Positions 55,737 to 64,000 of a DNA stretch of 64,000 nt are shown in pieces (position 1 is the first letter of the stretch; each line of letters begins with the position of its first letter). The stretch covers positions 130,262,001 through 130,326,000 of the forward strand of contig OZ024745.1 of NCBI GenBank assembly GCA_964016885.1, written 5' to 3'. Below the pieces are notes generated by a model. That model was given only the letters and a program-made list of their open reading frames with translations, had not been told where the DNA came from and did not search any database. The translations under genes and the position numbers were made by a program. Source of the stretch: Eledone cirrhosa. Its lineage: Eukaryota.

Positions 55737-57405
55737 CTTAATTGTAAGTTGTGATGTTGCTGTTCCACTCATATTTTCTATTTAATTTTGGTTGTAATTC
55801 TTTTATGTTTATTGCCTCTGTGATTGTTCTAAACATTGCGTCTTTTCTGTGTGTAGATTCTATTTTTATTTCTATGTTCTCTAATTTACCCTTATGTTCT
55901 ATTTTAGCATGTTGGTAGAGTACAGATGATTCTTTACTATCTTGAAGGTCTCGCCAGTGTTCATTTATCCGTTCCCCTACACTACTAGCTGTCTCACCTA
56001 TGTAACTATATTTTTGTCTCTACATTGTCCTTCAGTAGATCTTATGCTATATACTACATTTCTAGTTTTACAGTTAATATGGGGGCTTAATTTACAGGTT
56101 ATACATTTCTTATCTATACAGGGGGGTCTTAGAAAAGGGTATGTCTTGCTAATAAGTGTTTTTACGGAGGTACCTGGTCTTTCTACTATCTTAATATTGA
56201 GTTTATGTTTATCTAGGGCCCTTCTAAATTTGTAAGCTAGTTCACCTCTAGGGGTTGTATCGATGAACATTACACTCTGGTATTTATTGCTATCATACCA
56301 TGAGTTTATTCTATTAGCCTTATTCCTAGTTCTTTCTATTCTATTCCAAAATTGCTCCTATACAAGGGGCAGGTCCCATTTGTGTCATTATTTACCATTT
56401 TTTCCCATTTGGTTCTGGCTCCTCTATACACTCTGATTTTATCTCTCTGATTGTAACCAGAGAACTGCATACGGTGGATGAAGTGTTGTATGTGTCTCTC
56501 TAGTTCTTCGGGGTTGCACGTGCGGGACACGTTTCTCATCACCCGTACCAAATCCGCAATCAGTATGTTGATTTTGGTATGGTCCGAAACAGCTGAGTTT
56601 CGGTGGATCAGATATTTGGAAGTCATGGGTTTGGCATAATGGGAATGGAGGATTTGTTTTTTTGTTATTAATGGTATCTAACCAGAGCTCTGTGTCTAGT
56701 ACAGGTAATCGATGGTCGGGGTGTTTACTTGGGTAGTGTATAGTAACTCTAATACTCTGGTAGATGGAGTTAGCTATTTGCTGGATGCTTTCCATTGTGT
56801 TTTTCTCTAATTCCTGACTGTTCTCTAGTGGGGGTGTTTTAACTACGTTGTTTATATCATCAACGTAGCGGGAGTACATTATCAGGGTTAAGGGGTCTTC
56901 TAATTGTTCTTTAAGTTTAAGTTTAAGTCTACTGTCCCACCATACCATGAATAAGTTAGCTATGTCGCCTGCAATGCTAACACCAATGGCTGCTCGTTCC
57001 TCTTGGGCATATGTTTTTCCATTAAATTTGAACATATGTTCCTTAAGGGTTAATTTTATGCTGGCCCCCACCGCATGTGCAATCATTTTCTTCAGTTCAT
57101 CGTGGTTTTCGGGTGTCCGTATGGCTCTGGTCCACCCGTTCCATCTATCTGTGTGGGTTTTCTTGGCCATTGAGGTAATGGTAGGTGGTCTGCCTCTTGC
57201 TGGTCTTGTAGGGCACAGGTTGCTAAGGTCATATGTGTCTAGGTAATTATTACTATAGGTAAGTTTAAGTAAAAGTCCCAGCTCACTGGTATCAATCCCA
57301 CGGAACTCAACATTGCTCTCACTGATCATTTATACGCAGTTCTCCACAGAAAAATCCACGTCAATAGATGGATACAGGGACACAACATCCATACTACCTA
57401 TTATG
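55737..57405 (-). pseudogene. Frameshifted PLE reverse transcriptase / GIY-YIG endonuclease ORF
   Basis: ORF-track pieces 57330-57405, 56439-57329, 56336-56626 and 55998-56270 are collinear parts of one PLE protein broken by several frameshifts. The C-terminus ...QPKLNRKYEW is near 55770. Confidence 0.9.
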
Positions 57406-57492
57406 CAGTTTGAGCACACAATACACACACAGAAACAAAATGGCGTAGGACAGAACAAAGGAGAGGCACAAAAACAAAGAAAAGAATCCCCA

Positions 57493-57535
57493 GTCACTGA
57501 AGAGGTCACAGAATGTGTGACGAAAGAACTTTGAC
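57493..57535 (+). ncRNA. Minimal type I hammerhead ribozyme in PLE pLTR (inverted copy)
   Basis: GTCA-CTGAAGA-G-GTCACA(gaatg)TGTGAC-GAAA-GAAC-TT-TGAC: stem I GTCA/TGAC, a 6-bp stem II and a tiny stem III. Confidence 0.7.
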
Positions 57536-57716
57536 AATATATAAACAACTACCTGGTTGTGGAACCAACCAACCAACCGGAAATTTATAAATTCCTAAAT
57601 TTATAAATTTATTATAATAAATTTAAGTTAAACAACTGGTGCGTGTGTTTCTTATTGGCAACATGACCCTCCCAAAGTATAACAATATATATATATATAC
57701 ATACATATATACACAT

Positions 57717-57775
<59 letters not shown>

Positions 57776-57796
57776 TACACACACAGATATGTATGT

Positions 57797-57846
<50 letters not shown>

Positions 57847-59190
57847 TTATATGTGAGGAGGAGACATATGTGTGCGAGTGTTACGTGTGTATACATCTAT
57901 CGTATTCATGTCTATAGTAGTAAAGATATATGTAGGAAAAGTAAATTGTTTATTAATGTAGATTGAAACATTAGCTTCACTACTTGGTTAATGAGGAACT
58001 GTAGTGGGTGAGGTTGTTCACCTATATTGACTATAGTGGGAATTGGGTTGCCAATACTTGATGATGTCTGTGTTTGACGTATAAAACTGGGAAATCATTA
58101 TAATTTAGTAGTATATTCATAAATGAGGTGGGTGGTAACCAAAGAATGTATGTCTGATACGCAACTAGCCATGTCAGTAATGTTATTGTGGTTTTATATT
58201 TTACAATCCCAACATAAGATGTAATCTGTTATTGTGCGTTAAGAGATCGTGGTTCTGTCTCTGTCACGAAAGATAAATATTTCATCGATCAATTTGTTGT
58301 GCAATATACAATTTTATAAACGTAGATCAGTTATACTAGAGCAGAATAAAATACAAACGATTTCGAAATCCAAATGGTTTTGTTCTTGATTTCATGTTCT
58401 GATTCCACTTTGTTCTCTTTATAATATTCAGAGAAATATTTACATATATTTACATTAAAATAAAAAGGCTGTTCAATTCGATATCGCTACATATGTTTGT
58501 GCATATAATCATCCAAAACAATAAATTTATATTAGAAGCCATTAGCTTCTTTTCTTACAGAGCAGAACAACACATCCTTTATCCCTTTAGAAAATGATTC
58601 GCTTTATTTCATACTTTAAATGTACGTCACCTGATTAAAATAAGCCAAGGAAAAGAAAACAATTTGCGCGTTCCCTCTTGACGTACAAGCAATAACAACA
58701 CAATTCCCACAGCGTTTCTTGAAATTTTACACGGTTATGAGTAAATATTGAGAGATCAAAAAATACTTCGACATCGTGAAATCGAATGAAATTAGAGTAA
58801 TGTTTAGTATTGATATTATTAACCCAAATACATACTGCTCGGTATTCCTTTATCTTTATAGGTATGTTTATGATATCCACTGACACTTAAACATTTCGAT
58901 CAATAAAGCTTTAAAAAACCGAATTCTCATTGTAGTGGCTTTGTTGAACACAAATGTCCATATAGACAGTACATACAAATATAGATTCATAAATCAATGC
59001 AAGTAAAATGTCTTAACGCCTAGTAAATGGGAATACATTTCATGCGTGCATAATAAAGAAATAAACACGCGCACACGCACACGTATATAAGTATTGTTAG
59101 CTCAACTTTTGCACAAGTGGGCGAGGTAGTTCTCATGAAACCAGTTAAGTTCTAAATGCATTGACGATTGTCACCCTTGCTTCTGCTGGA

Positions 59191-59209
59191 TACCACCAGA
59201 GGGCGATAG
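59191..59209 (+). promoter_or_regulatory. Candidate CTCF binding site
   Basis: TACCACCAGAGGGCGATAG closely matches the CTCF core CCACCAGRGGGCG and lies in unique, AT-rich DNA. Confidence 0.45.
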
Positions 59210-59751
59210 CCCCGGTGCTTTTTTGCATAGCGACAGATTTCTATAAACATACCGTGTTTCTTTAGAAATACGAAATTATAATTCATATCTGTATACAGCT
59301 ATGCCTGAAGCTAAATCCTAGTTCTATTATATATATATATTACTATAGGCATGCCCAAGCACACACGCATCCACATACACACATACGTTAGAGAGTTATT
59401 GTTTACGGATACATTTGCGGTTGTAGGAGGTTTATCCAGGAATTTCATGAAGAAATTTGTCAAACCACTTTTATATGTATACATTATAAGGAGTCGGGAC
59501 CCAACAGTAGCTCCCTTGTCGTTTCTGGAACTAGGTGTGGAGACGACTCTTTATAAAATAATGTATTCTACTGACCAAGTATCCAGTTCTCTGTTGAGTA
59601 TATATATATATATATTGTATAATACTGTTGTTTATCTTAGTTGTTACGTAGTAACTTCCTCGTGATAAGCAGGTCCTAGCGTTCCAAAGCACTACACGTC
59701 AGTAGTTTATCCCAGGTAGGTGATAATGAGTGACAGAGTATTCATTTATGA

Positions 59752-59905
59752 AATAATTATTTCTACTTTTGGCCCAATTATCCTAGTGTATTACTGGTAC
59801 TTTATTTTATCGACCCCGTAAGGATGAAAGGCAAAGTTAACCTCGAACTCAGACCATATAGGGCCTTAACAAAGCATGGTGTCAGTCCCTCTATCAATAC
59901 TGCCT
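59752..59905 (-). mobile_element. Family A SINE with internal deletions
   Basis: Core intact, head partly deleted. Confidence 0.75.
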
Positions 59906-59973
59906 AAATCATTACAGTTGTTTATTGCATTAATGATTGCGTACGCTTCTGACGAAGTCACATGAATAACCAC

Positions 59974-60034
59974 GTAACAGAAATATATATAATGCAATAA
60001 AGTATTGTGGTGATTTAATCCCATCTTTAACCAT

Positions 60035-60084
<50 letters not shown>

Positions 60085-60085
60085 G

Positions 60086-60169
<84 letters not shown>

Positions 60170-60191
60170 GTTATATATATATATATATCTG

Positions 60192-60229
<38 letters not shown>

Positions 60230-60316
60230 GTTATATATATATATGTATAAAATAATGGTTAAAGATGGGATTAAATCACCACAATACTTTATTGCATTAT
60301 ATATATTTCTGTTACG
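59974..60316. repeat. About 70-bp inverted arms enclosing a (TA)n tract punctuated by CTGT
   Basis: 59974-60042 is the reverse complement of 60246-60316. Confidence 0.85.
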
Positions 60317-60460
60317 ACTAATTATTTATAAAAATACAGGAAGTCCCCCCAAAATGTATACATAATTTATTACTTTGTACAGGCTGAATATAACAGAGTA
60401 AAAGAGTTGGGGTGCATAACCCAACGAAACGTAAGGACCTGTTTGTGTCACTGTTGTAAC

Positions 60461-60501
<41 letters not shown>

Positions 60502-60526
60502 ATGTATATATATATATATATATGTA

Positions 60527-61253
60527 TAGTAATAATAATAAAATTGAAGACTAAAATCCAAAGAGGGCTCGATAAGGAAAATATATATCAAATATATAAG
60601 AACCGTAGAGCAAATATTTATTAAAATAACAGATTAAAGTTTAAGCAAAGAATCGCTGCTTTCACCCTTAACGGGATCTTCTGAAACTAACAAAGTCAAT
60701 CTGTAAACGCAGAACTGGATATTTCAAAAAACGTTGCGTGTATGTATTTATTTGTTTCTATTACTTCTGTATTGTATTTATTTACTTTGTTCTTAACTCT
60801 GTAGCGGAGATTCATTTGGTCTCCTAGTTAGAATTTTAGTCTACGATTTCTGCTATACCGTTTACGTGGTTTTGTCTTTGCGTGCTATTGTTCTCCACAC
60901 TCCACATATGACTTATTATCTTCGTTTTTTCGTTCATTGCCAGAGAACGTCTCTATACACCACCTAAGAGAACATTAGTCTACGACCTCTTTTATACCAT
61001 AAACGTGGTTTTGTCTTTGCGACTAATTGTTTTTCACCGCTCCTATTAATGACGTATTATTCGTTTTTTCCCGTTCTTTGCCAGCGAACGTTACCACGAA
61101 CCAAAGTATCGTCTTCCTGTCTTCCTCCGGTTGCAACGTTTTTTGAAATATCCAGTTCTGCGTTTACAGATTGACTTTGTTAGTTTCAGAAGATCCCGTT
61201 AAGGGTGAAAGCAGCGATTCTTTGCTTAAACTTTAATCTGTTATTTTAATAAA
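60527..61253. mobile_element. Second fold-back copy of the 16.9-17.9 kb family (arms about 60614-60737 and 61132-61253)
   Basis: 60527-60737 matches 16919-17130, and 60735-61130 matches 17575-17945. The terminal arms are nearly identical inverted repeats. TA tracts on both sides. Confidence 0.75.
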
Positions 61254-61296
61254 TATATATATGTATATATATATATATATAGATATAGATATACAC

Positions 61297-61390
61297 ATAG
61301 GGTGTCCCCCAAAAAATATATACACTCTTTGATTACCTTGTACAGGCAATTTGTATTAGAATGTTGTTGAAGTGTGTATATATCCTGTAT
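61297..61390. mobile_element. Degraded mariner-like mini-MITE (related remnants near 13897-13975 and 60334-60385)
   Basis: AGGGTGTCCCCC-type end. The internal sequence matches the reverse complement of 13897-13975. Confidence 0.4.
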
Positions 61391-62343
61391 ATATGTATTA
61401 GTATGTGTGTATATATTTAGGCGTAAGTGTGCATGCTGCTGCATTCCTTATTTACCTGTCTTATTCTTTTTTCTGTATACACCTATCTATATTTCTTCCT
61501 AATCTTCCTACGGCTTCTGTTGGTTTTTTATTTTGTTTACATTTTTTCTTGTTACCCAACTCCTCTCATCTTTTTTTCTACACACTTCTCCTCTGCTCCC
61601 TTTACTCCAATCTCCTGCATCCTACTCCGTTTATTATATCTCTTCATTTTTACATTTTCTTCTATTATCGAAGCCTAGTTTCCGTTTGTTTTCTATTAAG
61701 CTATTTTTATAGGTTTTCCATCAATTTCGTAAATAGAAACAGAAACACAAGAGAATACAAAATGAAAATGGGGAAAGAAAATCGAATGAAAATACAAAAA
61801 ATCTCACTAAAAAATTCAGAACCGTCATGATTAGAAAAATTCTCAATAAAAAGAAAAACCTAAATTTCCTTATAAATATTTGCTAATTATCCTATCAGTA
61901 TTATGAAGTTTATTTTTGTCTTAAACAACGTTCTTTCTCAATAATACATTTATTATATTCGGCTGATAAGGAAAGATCTGTAATGGCTGAGTTTAGCTAC
62001 CATCAATTCATTATTTCATAACGTATCATTCCCTGATCACGCCAATTTATTAAGTTACACCTCTGTTGGGAAAAACATAAACGTCACGGGCCCCAATCTA
62101 AAATATCCACTTAATATATGAAGAAGGCTATACATGGTGGCACAATTCTCTAGAAACAGATGCCAAATATTACCCCAACAGAGTTTACTGACTTGACAAG
62201 ATATACAAAATGAGAAAATGAATCTTAAGAAGCCCTGTACAAAGTATGAGGGAGAATGGCCGGAGGAGGAGGTATTTTGCATTTTACCACGACTTTCCGG
62301 TTGGTGCACGGTGTATACATATATATATATATATATATATACT

Positions 62344-62405
<62 letters not shown>

Positions 62406-62781
62406 AAATAAATTAACGGAGTAATAGACACCCGTTAGTCCCTGTAAATTATGCGTCTACCTCACCTTTCGTAGTTTATAGATTCCATACACTGGTGGTT
62501 TTCCCGGTATATTGATAAACAGACACACACACACACACACACACGCACACACACACACACTCTCTCTCTCTCTCTCTCTCTCGTGTGTTATCTTTCCTAC
62601 ATATTATATATATATATATATAAATGACCTTGTAATCTGAGCTCATTCTTCTTCGATGAATCCATACTCGATGGATACCTACTGCAAAAACTACTGGTCA
62701 GACCACCTAATCTCGCCGTTACGATCTCTAACAATGTTATGAGTCCTACCAGAAACAGATGGAATACTATATATGTGTGTG

Positions 62782-62899
<118 letters not shown>

Positions 62900-64000
62900 G
62901 GACGGGTGGGGTATAATGTTTGACTGTTTAATACAAACTTGACCTCATCAGTGTACATGATTCTGAGTCGTGGCTTGAGGAATTATGTGACATTTTAGAC
63001 CAAACATGCTTTTAAAAAGACGTTACACATGAATTGTACATTAGCTTTAACTGCCTATGTTATCTCATTGATGACCCTTCAAATATCTCATCAGACCTAT
63101 TTGAGATTTTCAGAACTTGAGACAAATAAGTCATTCGTAAGGGTCAACTAGTATGTTTTGTAGTCAGTAGGAGTTGACATATGTTCTGCTCTTATATAAC
63201 ATTTAATGTCCAACTTCTAACTGGCAGATTTTGCCACAAGCTGAACAAGTAGAGGTTCAATTAATTTTATATTCCTTTACTGGATCTTTTTGTTTTTGTT
63301 ATTTTCATCTCAACATTTACTTGTATTAGCTTCTCCTACTGAAATATTTTCACACTATCCCATATTTTTAACCGCCAGTTTCTTTAAAATTATAATCAAA
63401 CCAACGATATTACATACCAAATCAAATACCGAAATGAACAATTGCAGTCCGTGCACTGTTTGACCGAGATCACAATCCGCAGCATACAGTGGGTCTCTTT
63501 TATTGAGGTTAACACTTTACTCTTAAATTTCATCATTGTTAAATTAATGGCATTTTTCTGAGGTACGTTACCTTACATGTAACTCTTAATTCGTGTTTTA
63601 GAAAACATAATAGAGCAAATATATTGCAGAGATAGTAGATATATCAGGATCTCTCTTTTTCACACCATTTCCTACTCCAAAAACTTCAGACGATGTTTTT
63701 CCAATTTTACCTGTTACGCTGAAAAACATTTGCATCTCAATGTCTTCTTGACTCATAGAAATTAATTAATCTATTAGTCTACTGGAAGAGACTGCTGCTA
63801 TGAATCACTAGCCAGGCAAAGACCCTTTATTGTGTCGATCTTATCTAAATCTAATACGACAAAGTGCCCCCCCCCCCCCCCACAATCACACACACATTTA
63901 TTTGATATATCCTAATAAACTTAATTTCACCCCCAATCTGATCAAACCATATTTCATTTATCTATACTGTCACTTAACAGATTGGTACTATTAACTTCTT

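Larger units (their letters stand above)
55284..57686 (-). mobile_element. Penelope-like element (PLE, probably Neptune/Nematis-type): 5'-truncated RT + GIY-YIG ORF with a 3' pLTR+tail and an inverted pLTR copy at the 5' end; (TA)n on both sides
   Basis: Minus-strand frames show RT motifs GSMDVVSLYPSI, AIG..IA..IANLFM, YSRYVDDI and LPVLD. These are followed by a Cys-rich linker (C-x4-C-x2-C-x7-C) and GIY-YIG motifs NVVYSI...YIGET..S..ER..EH, read across a frameshift. Region 55340-55620 is the reverse complement of 57406-57686. Confidence 0.93.

Noticed and set aside
62056-62315. MITE with TACACC...GGTGTA ends, or 98-aa ORF
   Set aside because: The inverted match is only 6 bp, there is no second copy in the window, and the peptide is unrecognisable.

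Overview
AT-rich, microsatellite-saturated eukaryotic non-coding DNA. The host is most likely an octopus or other cephalopod; this is inferred from the SINE types and the (TA)n/(CA)n/(GATA)n density. I found no host protein-coding exon, rRNA, intact tRNA or CRISPR array, and nearly all ORFs in the supplied track are simple-repeat artefacts. The only real coding remnants are retrotransposons: a frameshifted Penelope-like element (RT plus C-terminal GIY-YIG, about 55.3-57.7 kb), a young Tx1/L1-like LINE (23.5-25.4 kb, with a sister fragment), two R4/Dong-like RLE LINE copies and a Vingi-like 3' end. The window also holds more than 20 tRNA-derived SINE copies, two non-autonomous Helitrons and several MITEs. 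The most striking pattern is a series of sequence-unrelated fold-back (inverted-repeat) elements, each abutting a (TA)n tract. Most carry an intact or decayed minimal type I hammerhead ribozyme, consistent with several Penelope pLTR families. Each retroelement class also sits in its own microsatellite: PLE in (TA)n, Tx1 in (GATA)n, R4/Dong in (CATA)n and the SINE in (ATT)-rich tails. All coordinates were read by eye and may be off by a few bases; no databases or folding software were run.
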